Numbered from the stretch's first letter, positions 27,567 through 37,764 are shown. The stretch: 64,000 nucleotides of DNA from Candidatus Bilamarchaeum dharawalense (GCA_902386555.1 CABMJJ010000009.1:495384-559383); one strand, 5' to 3'. The notes: generated by a model not told the origin, from the sequence alone. A program made the numbers and translations.

Positions 27567-28571
27567 CTAGCTTTTTATCGGGCAGTATTCCTTTCCCATT
27601 GGATAATAGGTGTAGGTGTGCTCATGAAATACTAACAGCGAGTCATAGCTTTTGATTAGGTTTGAGAAATTTGTCCGTAATTCAAGCATCAATTTTCTGA
27701 ATGCATCATAATCGTCAATCTCAACATCAAGTTCAATATTCCAATCCCCCATGCAAAGATCAATATCAATTATATTCGGATGTTGGGTAACATGATTGAG
27801 AAATCTGTTAAGCTCTTTTTCGTCAAAGGAATCAACCTTTACCAAAACCTTATAGCTAAGGAAACCCAGTTTGTTTCTATCCAATACTATTCGTGCCCCT
27901 TGTATCACTTTGCTTTCCTTCAGCTGTTTTATCCTGTAACTCACTGCATTTGGCGTTACTTTCAATTCCTTGGCAATATCCACCAATCTGCTTCTGGCGT
28001 CCTTAGACAAGATTGCTAAAATCTTCTTATCCAATTCATCTATTTTCGGGGTTAATTCAATCTCTCCACCAAAAAGTGGAACCTCAGCCCTAGTTCTCTC
28101 ACCAATGAGATAGCCGCGTTTGGAGTTGTATGCAGTCTCTACAATCGAAACTGAAATATCCTCGAAATATTTTCCATAGTTTCCAAAAAGTTCACGATAG
28201 ACTTTGTAAAGATGATGGGTATCCCTTGCCCAAACCCCGATAAACATATCAAAACGTCCATCACAGGTATCCAAAAGTCCAACATCCACATGATCATTAA
28301 AAAAGCCAATTATTTCATCTTCCAATTTTTTGTCCACACTTTTGTACTTAAGATAAAATTTGAAGAAGGTGTAGCCTATTTTTGCTTCATTTACAATAAC
28401 GCAGCATCTTCGTAGCACTCCTTTTCGTTGCAGTTCTGCAATTCTATAACCCACGACCTGCTTGGATAATCTTGTTTTTTTTGCTATTGCAGATGCTGGC
28501 TGGAAACCATCCTCATCAAGCTGAAAAAGTATCTGTCGGTCTTTCCAGTCTATTCCTTCAAAAGGCTTCAT
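27567..28571 (-). CDS. tandem-domain Lrp/AsnC family transcriptional regulator
   Basis: Two HTH-plus-RAM units, with DRQILFQLDEDGFQPASAIAKKTRLSKQVVGYRIAELQ and DKKILAILSKDARSRLVDIAKELKVTPNAVSYRIKQL. Confidence 0.75.
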   Translation of the reverse strand: MKPFEGIDWKDRQILFQLDEDGFQPASAIAKKTRLSKQVVGYRIAELQRKGVLRRCCVIVNEAKIGYTFFKFYLKYKSVDKKLEDEIIGFFNDHVDVGLLDTCDGRFDMFIGVWARDTHHLYKVYRELFGNYGKYFEDISVSIVETAYNSKRGYLIGERTRAEVPLFGGEIELTPKIDELDKKILAILSKDARSRLVDIAKELKVTPNAVSYRIKQLKESKVIQGARIVLDRNKLGFLSYKVLVKVDSFDEKELNRFLNHVTQHPNIIDIDLCMGDWNIELDVEIDDYDAFRKLMLELRTNFSNLIKSYDSLLVFHEHTYTYYPMGKEYCPIKS

Positions 28572-28754
28572 ATAGAATTTTTTATAGTAAATATTTATAT
28601 TTTTGTTGTTTTGTCAATTCTTTTTATTATTTATATCTCTCTTCCGATATTTTCATATATTCTTTACTTTAATGGTGTTTTTTGCATATTTTTCTCAAAT
28701 AATCTAAAAATATTATCTTTTATTTAATATACCAGTTGTGTTAGAAAGTATATC

Positions 28755-30527
28755 ATGGTGACTAATAAACTAATCTGTCCTCGGAACACTCAGAATATTG
28801 CTCAGCTGGTGGTAACCACCCGCCCAACCCGTAGCTATTCTGTTATAACCGACCAGCTTCGTGCCATGGGTAGCATTGATAGTATTGATCTATACCCTGG
28901 TAAATCTCTCAAAGGAAGAGTTCCTAGCTCTATTAAAATCGCATTAATACGTCCTCTTGGTTCTCTTGCAGGTGAGGAAGAAAAAGAAGCTGTAAAGGAA
29001 ATGGGCGAACCCTATCAACTAGAGCTTCTTGCCTCGGTTTTACGATCCCAGGGTTATCCAGTGAGGATTTTTGACCAGTTGGCTAGTCCCTATGATCCAG
29101 CCAATCCCCTAAACTATCCTAAAACAAAATCAAATACTGATTTTGTTGCTGAGATTTCAGCATTTAATCCAGATGTTGCTGGTTTCAGTACATTTACCTA
29201 TAATTTCAGGAAGGGATTGACACTCGCCGGAGAGCTGAAACAAAAACTAGGCCTACCAATCATTTTCGGGGGCTACCATCCGACAAGTGTTGGTAAACAG
29301 TATCTACTTTTTGACCGTTTTTCCCCTCAAAATCCAGAAGCTGCAGATGTTTTCAAACAGGATCTCAGAAACATTTTCCAACATGGTATTGTTGATTATG
29401 CATGCATAGGAGAAGGAATTCGAGTTCTTCCAGAGCTTCTTCTTGTTTTGAGGGAGTTGGAAGACCCGCGGGCAGTTTCTGGCATCTCATTCATGGCAAA
29501 TGGTCAGCTTCAAATCAGCGCAGCTGACCGTGTTCCTCTGGACAATTATCCTCTTCCTTTTAGGGCTGATGATTTTGATTTGATGAGACACTATGCAACT
29601 GGTCGAGGTTATCCATTTTTACTGCTAATGACCTCAAACGGATGCAGATTCTCCTGCGAATACTGTTCAACAGGTTCCATGAACTATCCTGGTCTTGGTT
29701 ATAGAAGCATTCCAAGGGTAATTGACGAATTAAGGCAAATAAAAGAAAAGTTCCATGGCGTTTGGCCAAATCAAAAAATCATGATCAACATTATCGACGA
29801 AGATTTTGCTTCAAATCCCAGTCGTGTTATTGCACTATGCAATGCCATCGAAGCCGCCGGGCTTAACAAATTCTTTGAATTCAACTCATTTTTAGATAAT
29901 CAAAGAATCCTCGGTCCTTTTGGTCATGAAATACTAGATGCAATGCATCGTGCTGGGTTTGTTTTTTGTTTTATTGGAATAGAATCCATGCTGGATAGCG
30001 CTCTTGACGGATATAATCGTCCAGATCGATTTGAAAATCGTCTTCAATCGGTTCAAGCTGCCATTGATAGAATGGCAGAACACCAGCTTCTTTATTTTGG
30101 TGATCATATCACCGGATACCCTCTTCACACTCCTGCTGATTTGAGAGAAGATTACCAACGACTTCTTCAGTTAAGAAGAATGCACTATACCTATTTCCCG
30201 ATTCTTGCACCCATGCCAGGTACACCCTTATACTGGAGGGTGCTATTTGGAATGCTTGGAGATGGGTTTTTACCTGGTGTAACTTACGATCATCTTGATG
30301 CCAATCATCAGGTTTTGGCATTGCAGGGTAGGGGGGATGTTAAACCCATACGGGATTTCTTTGTTCAAAGATTCTTTAGTCGTCCAGAATATGAGCTAGA
30401 TGCAGATCAGGCAATTTCTAGAAATCCATTTCTCGCTCAGTTCTTTGCAAGAATGTTACCAAAAGTTAGTGCAGATTACCCAAATAACGAGGTAATCCAA
30501 AAATTATCTAAAAAGTTTCAATCATAA
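28755..30527 (+). CDS. B12-binding-domain radical SAM protein (class B)
   Basis: The N-terminal region is cobalamin-binding-domain-like. The CRFSCEYC (Cx3Cx2C) cluster motif is present. Confidence 0.7.
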   Translation: MVTNKLICPRNTQNIAQLVVTTRPTRSYSVITDQLRAMGSIDSIDLYPGKSLKGRVPSSIKIALIRPLGSLAGEEEKEAVKEMGEPYQLELLASVLRSQGYPVRIFDQLASPYDPANPLNYPKTKSNTDFVAEISAFNPDVAGFSTFTYNFRKGLTLAGELKQKLGLPIIFGGYHPTSVGKQYLLFDRFSPQNPEAADVFKQDLRNIFQHGIVDYACIGEGIRVLPELLLVLRELEDPRAVSGISFMANGQLQISAADRVPLDNYPLPFRADDFDLMRHYATGRGYPFLLLMTSNGCRFSCEYCSTGSMNYPGLGYRSIPRVIDELRQIKEKFHGVWPNQKIMINIIDEDFASNPSRVIALCNAIEAAGLNKFFEFNSFLDNQRILGPFGHEILDAMHRAGFVFCFIGIESMLDSALDGYNRPDRFENRLQSVQAAIDRMAEHQLLYFGDHITGYPLHTPADLREDYQRLLQLRRMHYTYFPILAPMPGTPLYWRVLFGMLGDGFLPGVTYDHLDANHQVLALQGRGDVKPIRDFFVQRFFSRPEYELDADQAISRNPFLAQFFARMLPKVSADYPNNEVIQKLSKKFQS

Positions 30528-30787
30528 TGGACAAGTTCTTTTTCCACAGAAATATCTCGCGATTTGCACTTAGGGCACATTGGTCTTAAGCCAGATACAA
30601 AGTTTCCACTGCATTTGCATTTTTCAACTTTACCCTTAGGTTTACGACTGTTTTTCCCAACTACCTCTACTCTCTTCATCTCGTCGCATTTTTCGCATCG
30701 CAATTCATCAAACAGAAATCCCCCGCCTTCCTGCGATTCGAATTTATTGCTGCATTTATTGCATTTGTAAATAGCCATCATTCCCAT
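30518..30787 (-). CDS. small zinc-ribbon protein
   Basis: Pairs CNKC, CEKC, CKC and CPKC. The ATG at 30787 is preferred over the TTG at 30808. Confidence 0.5.
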   Translation of the reverse strand: MGMMAIYKCNKCSNKFESQEGGGFLFDELRCEKCDEMKRVEVVGKNSRKPKGKVEKCKCSGNFVSGLRPMCPKCKSRDISVEKELVHYD

Positions 30788-30847
30788 AATTACCTGTTTA
30801 TTTCGCAAGATATTAAATCACGTTAACCTAATTTGTTAACTGATCAA

Positions 30848-32023
30848 ATGCTTCTTACAACAAAATATGCTCCAAAAAAACTGGATGACCTCATAGGCAA
30901 CAGCGAACAGGTGGAGCATATAAAACAATGGATTCTTCATTGGCTTAGTGGCAAACCTCGAAAACCTCTGTTGATTTATGGCCCCCCTGGTGTTGGAAAA
31001 ACATCCATAGCATACATACTCAAAGACCAGTTTGATCTGGAAATTATAGAAATGAATGCCAGTGAACTCAGAAACAAAGACCGGGTGGAACGGGTTTTGG
31101 GGCAGTCTGCTTTGGCAGGAAGTCTTTTTGGCAGAACCAAAATCGTCCTAGTGGATGATGCTGATGTTCTAGCTGGAAGAAAGGATAGCGGTGGAGGAAC
31201 AGCAATCAAGAATTTTCTAGCCGAATCTCCCTGTCCAGCCATAGTAACGGCTACCGATGTTTGGGACAAATCACTTTCAACCATAAGAGCAGAGTGCGAA
31301 CTTCTGGAATTCAAAAAAATTAGTAAAGGTTCCATAAAAAAACATCTTGAAACTGTAGCCAAGGCAGAACAAATTACACTAAGTCCTGAGATTATCGATG
31401 CCATTGCGGAAAGAGCCGAAGGGGATGTGCGTGCTGCTCTAAATGATCTTCAGTGTCATGGCCCAAGTGCCAGGACCCATGAAAAAGATATTTTCCAGAT
31501 TGTTCGTGGGATACTAAAAGGTGAAAGTTATGCTGCTGTTAAGGAACTGGTTGGCGGCGATATTGATTACGATATTATCAAACTTTGGATTGATGAAAAT
31601 ATCTCCAATGAGTATGAAACTCCAGATGATATTGCAGCTGGATATGATTCTCTTTCCAAGGCAGATATATTCGATGGAAGGATAAGGAAAACCCACTGGC
31701 AGATGTTGAAGTATTCCATTGATCTTGCCACCGCTGGAGTTGCCATTGCTAAAAAAACACCCTATAGAAAATTCACCAAATACAATTTTCCAAGTTATCT
31801 AAAAAACATGTCCCGCTCGGTTGAAAGACGGGCAATGTTGAAAGCCATTGGAATCAAAATCGGAAAGCGTGTGCATGTCAATGCACGGGATGCTAGGGAA
31901 TATATTCCGCTTCTAAAGGAATATGGAAAATCAAACATGCAGAAACTCATGGACTTTTACGAATTTAGCGAAGAAGAAATAGCATTTATACTCGAAACCA
32001 GTGTAAGTAAGGTAAAAAAATAA
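30848..32023 (+). CDS. rfcL: replication factor C large subunit
   Basis: KYAPKKLDDLIGN, Walker A GPPGVGKTS, VLVDDAD and the sensor region AERAEGDVRAALNDLQ. Confidence 0.8.
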   Translation: MLLTTKYAPKKLDDLIGNSEQVEHIKQWILHWLSGKPRKPLLIYGPPGVGKTSIAYILKDQFDLEIIEMNASELRNKDRVERVLGQSALAGSLFGRTKIVLVDDADVLAGRKDSGGGTAIKNFLAESPCPAIVTATDVWDKSLSTIRAECELLEFKKISKGSIKKHLETVAKAEQITLSPEIIDAIAERAEGDVRAALNDLQCHGPSARTHEKDIFQIVRGILKGESYAAVKELVGGDIDYDIIKLWIDENISNEYETPDDIAAGYDSLSKADIFDGRIRKTHWQMLKYSIDLATAGVAIAKKTPYRKFTKYNFPSYLKNMSRSVERRAMLKAIGIKIGKRVHVNARDAREYIPLLKEYGKSNMQKLMDFYEFSEEEIAFILETSVSKVKK

Positions 32024-32024
32024 A

Positions 32025-33581
32025 TCAGGAAATAAAATCGCTCATTTTGGTTTGTTGGTTTTTTGTTTTCTTTTTTGCCTCTACGGGTTTCACAACAATA
32101 TCTCCACCCACATTAGACTCTTTCCTACTGTCTGAATTGGCTGGTTTGAAACCCAAGTTACCCTTTGCTTTTTGCATCCCAGTCAATATCTTCTTCATTT
32201 TCTTTTCACGATTGTTGGAAGCATAGTAGTAATATTCATCCCGTGTTCCCTGGGTCATGAGAACAATGACCTGACCCTCTTTCAGCCTCGCAGCTCTTCC
32301 TCGTCTTTGTATACTCCTTATTTCACTGGGCACTGGCTCATAAAAAATCACAACATCCACAGCAGGAATATCCAATCCCTCCTCACCAATGGAACTTGCC
32401 ACCATCACATCAAATTTCCCCTCTCTAAAATTGGCAATGGTTTCTTCCTGCATTTTTTTAGTCACACCATCCTTTTTACCAACAAACTGTTTTGCGCTAA
32501 TGCCATTTTCTCTTATCACTGTTTCAATACGTGAAATCTGGGCTCGATATTGTACAAAAACAATTATTTTTTTGCCTGAAAGTTTTTTTAGTACATCAAT
32601 CAAGACCTTCATTTTCGGATGATCCTCATCTTTTTCACATAACCGTTTCACTTTATTCAATCCTGGTTCCTGTAAAAGTATTTTTGCTGATTTACTTTCC
32701 TTTTCACCAAGTTTTTCAAGATAGCCTCTCAAGGGATAAACCCCCTGGGTTTCAAGAAGCTCAGTCATGTGAAGAAGATGAAGCAGAATGGAGTATTGGA
32801 TCAATGCCGGGTATTTGATATTATGCGGAATATCCAATATGCGCTGGCGGAGGGCCATAAACTTGCCCTTATGTTTTAATGGCGGTGGAAATCCCATTCC
32901 AGCCAACCGTTCAGCATATTTTGACGTGAGCGTAACCAATTCTTTTCTAATATCTTTGAAATGATCTGAAAGTTCGACGGGAATCCAACTGACCACGCTT
33001 TTTTGAACATAGGGTGATACATCTGGGTCAGTGTGATCGCGTATTTCCACATTTTCAATCCTAAGAGCCCCCATCACTTCCTTTATTCTATCATGTCTTC
33101 CTCCAGGTGAGGCGGTGAGTCCTACAAACAAGGTTTTCCCATTGGAGTGTTCGTGGAGCTTTTCAGAAACATAGGTGTAGGCATAGTCCCCAACTGCTCT
33201 ATGACATTCATCGAAAATAACCAAAGAGAAATTTGGTAACAACACAGAATTTTCAAGATCATTTCTTATGGTCTGGGGGGTGCTGATGATTATATCTGTT
33301 TCGTACATTGCCTTACGTTTAGCCGGTGCAACCTCACCACTTACAAGTGCCACATTCTTCTCACTGAGTTCCAAGGTTTTCATAACCGACAAAAAATGCT
33401 GTTTTGCCAGGGGTTTTGTTGGTGTAAGAAAAAGGCATCTGCCCTCTTTCATCTTATCCTGAATTAGCATGAGTGCTATGAGTGTTTTTCCAAGCCCGGT
33501 TGGTAGTACCACTAGGGTATTGCCATTTTGCATTATGGAGTTGTATATGGCCAACTGGTAGGCTCTTGGGACAAGTTGCAC
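32025..33581 (-). CDS. Hef/FANCM-type SF2 helicase lacking a nuclease domain, with a C-terminal PIP-like motif
   Basis: PRAYQL...VLPTGLGKT, the DECH box FDECHRAVGDYAY and SIGEEGLDIP...QRRGRAAR. The C-terminus ends ...QTKMSDFIS. Confidence 0.75.
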   Translation of the reverse strand: MQLVPRAYQLAIYNSIMQNGNTLVVLPTGLGKTLIALMLIQDKMKEGRCLFLTPTKPLAKQHFLSVMKTLELSEKNVALVSGEVAPAKRKAMYETDIIISTPQTIRNDLENSVLLPNFSLVIFDECHRAVGDYAYTYVSEKLHEHSNGKTLFVGLTASPGGRHDRIKEVMGALRIENVEIRDHTDPDVSPYVQKSVVSWIPVELSDHFKDIRKELVTLTSKYAERLAGMGFPPPLKHKGKFMALRQRILDIPHNIKYPALIQYSILLHLLHMTELLETQGVYPLRGYLEKLGEKESKSAKILLQEPGLNKVKRLCEKDEDHPKMKVLIDVLKKLSGKKIIVFVQYRAQISRIETVIRENGISAKQFVGKKDGVTKKMQEETIANFREGKFDVMVASSIGEEGLDIPAVDVVIFYEPVPSEIRSIQRRGRAARLKEGQVIVLMTQGTRDEYYYYASNNREKKMKKILTGMQKAKGNLGFKPANSDSRKESNVGGDIVVKPVEAKKKTKNQQTKMSDFIS

Positions 33582-33688
33582 ACCCAGCTATCTCCATCGA
33601 ACTTTTTAACAATTCTGGTGGTAAAACGTGGTTTTAAAAGGTGTTCCATCCAAGTATATAACGGGTATTTGAAAGAAGGAGGGTTATT

Positions 33689-34996
33689 ATGCGAACTTTA
33701 AATCATGATTCTCATTCTAAAGATCGACCAGGAGAAAGAGTCAGGGCTGCTTTGCGTGAAGTTGTTTCTATTTTCCGAGATCCTTTTGGTCCTGCATTGG
33801 AAGTGGCTGGGATGCCTGGTGTTAGAATACCCACAAGAGATATCGAGTGGCCAGGACCACAAAAACCAACAATTATGCGATTTGATACTGCCAATGCCCC
33901 TCCAAAAGATTCGCCAGGTTATCAAATTTCTCATTGGAAACCACTGAGTGTTTATACCCAAGGAACAAGTCCAGAAGGTCCAAAAAGATATCTAACTGTT
34001 CCTGATACTCAAAATGAAATAACTAGAATACTCAAGCAACTTACCTCTACTCACGAATATCTTACCTACGAAGCAGCTTCCTTACTCCGTACTGATCCAC
34101 AGATTGCTGCCTACACTGCACATCTGGTGGTTGGTGCAGGTGCCGAAGATTTTATTTTTTCTCCAGGTGAAACACTGGACAACGTCTGCCTTACTGATCC
34201 TGCAGTTATGAGAACCAAAAATGGTGAGTTGAAAAAAGTTCTTGATGAAATGCAGCACAGAACAACTTTCTTCGGAGCTCTCTTTCATGTTATCTCAAAA
34301 CTTGCCAAGGCATTTACTGGCGGTAAAGTTGAAAATGATGCACTTAACCGTCCCTATTTCGCCCATTTCTATGACCCAACAATGGATGATCCGGAATGCG
34401 GACTTTCTATAATCGGAGGGGAGTTAAGATTCCAAAGCGCGTTGACAAGAATTAAACTTTACTGGAATCTTGCTTCTGAATATTATCGTGCAGGAGATAT
34501 TCCAAATGCATTCACTGCACTTGGCCACATGATGCACCTTGTGGAAGACCTACATGTTCCTGCCCATGTTCATAATGACACTCACGGGCCAGGTAATCTT
34601 GATTCTTTAGAAGGATGGATGACCAAGGCTGATTACAAAAAAAGCCCATTTAGAGTGGGTAATGAACCAAATGTTAGAATATGGAATGGTAAACCACTAA
34701 CACCACCGGTAGCTGATATCACCTGGGTGCCAGGCAGCACCGAGTTGAAAATCACCCAATTTGTAAATGGAATTGTGGCCAACACCCAGAGATTCCGCAG
34801 TGTGGATGCAGAGGGTACTGATCCTGATCAGAAAAAAACAGGAAAATTAACTCCAGATGAATGCTATGCTCAGGGTAGTGTGTTGATACCAGTTGCCATT
34901 GTTGATGCAGCCCAGTTGGTTGTTAATTTCCTTGAATATCATAGGAAATACCATCCGCTGGCTCCTGTTCCAAGCCCACCAACAGCTGTTGTCTGA
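33689..34996 (+). CDS. orphan protein with a zinc-dependent phospholipase C / S1-P1 nuclease-type motif
   Basis: HMMHLVEDLHVPAHVHND fits the H...D...P.H zinc-site pattern of that superfamily. A GGAGG Shine-Dalgarno sequence lies upstream, and I see no signal peptide. Confidence 0.5.
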   Translation: MRTLNHDSHSKDRPGERVRAALREVVSIFRDPFGPALEVAGMPGVRIPTRDIEWPGPQKPTIMRFDTANAPPKDSPGYQISHWKPLSVYTQGTSPEGPKRYLTVPDTQNEITRILKQLTSTHEYLTYEAASLLRTDPQIAAYTAHLVVGAGAEDFIFSPGETLDNVCLTDPAVMRTKNGELKKVLDEMQHRTTFFGALFHVISKLAKAFTGGKVENDALNRPYFAHFYDPTMDDPECGLSIIGGELRFQSALTRIKLYWNLASEYYRAGDIPNAFTALGHMMHLVEDLHVPAHVHNDTHGPGNLDSLEGWMTKADYKKSPFRVGNEPNVRIWNGKPLTPPVADITWVPGSTELKITQFVNGIVANTQRFRSVDAEGTDPDQKKTGKLTPDECYAQGSVLIPVAIVDAAQLVVNFLEYHRKYHPLAPVPSPPTAVV

Positions 34997-35866
34997 TCAC
35001 ATCAGATCTTCATAAACTGATGAGACATCAATGCCGCCAAGATCATGTTCAACCAGTGCTCTTTCTTTTATCATGGGCAAGCTGTCTTCATAGGTCGGAC
35101 GATTTTCTTTGTAGAAAATTCCCATGGGTAATTTTTCATAATTCGTAGCTTCAGCTTCAAACGCCTTTCCCATGGCTTTTATTTTATCATTTGTGTCATG
35201 ACCAGACTCCTGAAGCTTATACACTCTTTTTGTAAAAAAATCATAGGTGTTAAGTTTGTTGAATGTGACACATGGTTGGAAAACATCCACCAACGCAAAT
35301 CCTTTATGGGTAATGGCCTCTTTTATCATTGTCTTAAGGTGGTTCATATCACCTGCAAAGGTTCTGGCAACAAATGTTGCTCCTCCTACTATCGCAGCAG
35401 CAATCGGATTGAATGGTTTTTCAATTACCCCGTTTGGGGTGGTTTTTGTTTTCATCCCCAATTGTGAAGTTGGTGATGCCTGGCCAGTGGTTAACCCGTA
35501 TATCTGATTGTCATGGACAATGTAAGTAAGATCATAATTCCGTCTCATGATGTGAATGAAGTGGCCAGAGCCAATACCATAACCATCTCCATCTCCCCCT
35601 TCTGCTATCACGGTTAATCTATCATTGGCTAGTTTTATTCCTGAAGCAATTGGCAAGGATCTACCATGCAGTCCTTCAAATCCATACACATTAAGGTAGT
35701 GTGGAGTTTTTCCACTGCAGCCAATTCCTGAAGATATCACCACGTTTCGTTGTTCAATTCCAAGTTCAACAAACGCATTCTTCAATGCACCCACAATGGC
35801 GAAGTTTCCGCAACCAGGACACCACTGGGATTTTTCTTTTACGTTGAGATCATTAATTTGAACCAT
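34997..35866 (-). CDS. 2-oxoacid:ferredoxin oxidoreductase beta subunit (TPP-binding)
   Basis: WCPGCGNF and GGDGDGYGIG motifs. The start is set at MVQINDL, which avoids a 59-nt overlap with the alpha gene. Confidence 0.85.
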   Translation of the reverse strand: MVQINDLNVKEKSQWCPGCGNFAIVGALKNAFVELGIEQRNVVISSGIGCSGKTPHYLNVYGFEGLHGRSLPIASGIKLANDRLTVIAEGGDGDGYGIGSGHFIHIMRRNYDLTYIVHDNQIYGLTTGQASPTSQLGMKTKTTPNGVIEKPFNPIAAAIVGGATFVARTFAGDMNHLKTMIKEAITHKGFALVDVFQPCVTFNKLNTYDFFTKRVYKLQESGHDTNDKIKAMGKAFEAEATNYEKLPMGIFYKENRPTYEDSLPMIKERALVEHDLGGIDVSSVYEDLM

Positions 35867-35879
35867 AATTTCACCTAAG

Positions 35880-37709
35880 CTATAAACCATATTTGCTTGG
35901 CTGGTAATATTCCAAATCGTCTTTTTCCATGATAACAATTTCTTTCTGGCCTTTGTAGCCTGCTTTTTTCAATTTCTCCACTTCCTCTGCAATTTCCTCT
36001 GGGAAAAACGGTCTTCCATCATATTTCAGCAAATGGAAATCCATATTGATACAGGCACATTCTTTGAGCACACCTGCAAACTGGGCAGAGGAATTATTTT
36101 CTACCATGATGGTTACCTTCGCTCCATGCACTGCTTTTTTTGCGGTTTTCTGATCAAGTGGGTGGATGTGATTAAAATGTACAAATTTTGCTTTGATACC
36201 TTTTTTCTCAAGCAAAGAAAGTGCATCTAGAATAGAAAGTTTCTGTGATCCCCAGCCAATCAAGACCACTTCAGCATCTTTGGCAGATGCACCATAGGCT
36301 TTTGGCGGATCAATCTCACTAAGAAGTGCAGCCAGTTTTTTCATCCCTCTTTTCTGAACCTGCTTTGTTCTCATGGAAAAACTTTCTGAACTAAACCCGT
36401 GTTCATCATGTTCGTAGGATGAGGCAACATGAATCCCATTTGGTGTTCCTGGAAACGCTCTGTCCGAAATTCCATCTTCTGTGAATGCGTATCTTTTCCA
36501 TCTTGTCATTGGTGGCATAGCCGGAAGTTCTTTTACAATTTTTCCTCTTTCGATTTTTACTTTTTTATGGTTAAATGTTTCCGTAGAAAATACCGTTTCA
36601 CCAAGATGTTTATCAGTTAGAATTATTACTGGAATCTGATATTTTTCAGCAAGATTCAATGCTTTGGCAGCAAGGAAAAAACATTCCTGCACATCTCCAG
36701 GAGCCAAAACAACTCTCAGGAAATCCCCCTGGGATGCATGAAGTACAAATCTTAAGTCACCCTGTTCTGTCCAGGTTGGCATTCCGGTGCTTGGACCAAT
36801 TCTCTGGGCGATTGCAACCACCAGCGGAGTTTCGGTCATGGCGGCAAGGCCAAGCATCTCAGCCATCAAGGCAAATCCCCCTCCTGAGGTCCCCACCATT
36901 GCTCTTGCACCTGCATAGGCAGCACCAATGGCATAGCCCATGGCAGCAATTTCATCTTCGGTTTGTTTAACCACCAAACCAAATTTCTTTTCATTTTCAA
37001 TCATATAATGTAGGATGGTTGTGGCTGGAGTCATGGGGTAGGCCGAATAGAATTTCACACCACCTTGAATCGCGCCAAGCGTTATGGCTTCATTTCCCGT
37101 GATTACTAATTTTCGATCATTGGAAACTGGTTTTAGCTTTTTACTGCTTTTTATGTTGTTGTTTTTTACAAAATCATATCCTGCTTTAGCAGCACTAAGG
37201 TTCATCTTTACTACTTCTGGACCCTTTCTATCAAATTCATCATGCATTATTTTTTCCAAAACATCAAACGGGTAGTCAACAACTGCCAAAGCAGCTCCCA
37301 ATGCAACCGTGTTCTTCATCTGTTCGGTTCCACCAACTTCTTGGGTTAATTTGGAAAGGGGGATGGGATGCATTTTTACTTCTGCTCTGGTCTTTATCTT
37401 ACTAATATCCGTAAGCTGGTCATATATGATCAGACCACTGGTTTCCATATGATAAAAAACAGCATCCTTATTCAGTGCAATTACAACATCATTGGTCTGA
37501 ACTGGCGAGTTTATTCTTTCCGTGCTCACTCGGATTTGGACAGTATTATGCCCTCCTCTTATAAGCGAAGGGTATTCCGGATAGCCAACTGCATTGTAGC
37601 CCCCTCTTGTAAAACATTTTATCATCAGCCTTCCGGTAGTCATTACGCCTGCTCCGGCCTGGCCAGCAATTTTACAGGTAAATTCCATATCATCATTCCT
37701 ACTGGTCAT
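35880..37709 (-). CDS. 2-oxoacid:ferredoxin oxidoreductase alpha subunit (fused gamma-alpha)
   Basis: An N-terminal gamma-like segment IAGQAGAGVMTTG...YPSLIRGG is followed by the alpha-domain segment ITGNEAITLGAIQGGVKFYSAYPMTPAT. Confidence 0.85.
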   Translation of the reverse strand: MTSRNDDMEFTCKIAGQAGAGVMTTGRLMIKCFTRGGYNAVGYPEYPSLIRGGHNTVQIRVSTERINSPVQTNDVVIALNKDAVFYHMETSGLIIYDQLTDISKIKTRAEVKMHPIPLSKLTQEVGGTEQMKNTVALGAALAVVDYPFDVLEKIMHDEFDRKGPEVVKMNLSAAKAGYDFVKNNNIKSSKKLKPVSNDRKLVITGNEAITLGAIQGGVKFYSAYPMTPATTILHYMIENEKKFGLVVKQTEDEIAAMGYAIGAAYAGARAMVGTSGGGFALMAEMLGLAAMTETPLVVAIAQRIGPSTGMPTWTEQGDLRFVLHASQGDFLRVVLAPGDVQECFFLAAKALNLAEKYQIPVIILTDKHLGETVFSTETFNHKKVKIERGKIVKELPAMPPMTRWKRYAFTEDGISDRAFPGTPNGIHVASSYEHDEHGFSSESFSMRTKQVQKRGMKKLAALLSEIDPPKAYGASAKDAEVVLIGWGSQKLSILDALSLLEKKGIKAKFVHFNHIHPLDQKTAKKAVHGAKVTIMVENNSSAQFAGVLKECACINMDFHLLKYDGRPFFPEEIAEEVEKLKKAGYKGQKEIVIMEKDDLEYYQPSKYGL

Positions 37710-37764
37710 GGTTTGGACTCTATCGATTGATTTCGTAGCTAATTTAAAAGTATCTGATAGCTGA

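Noticed and set aside
35867-35938. N-terminal extension of the OFOR beta subunit overlapping the alpha gene by 59 nt
   Set aside because: The internal start MVQINDL lies 13 nt after the alpha stop and directly precedes the conserved WCPGCGNF region.
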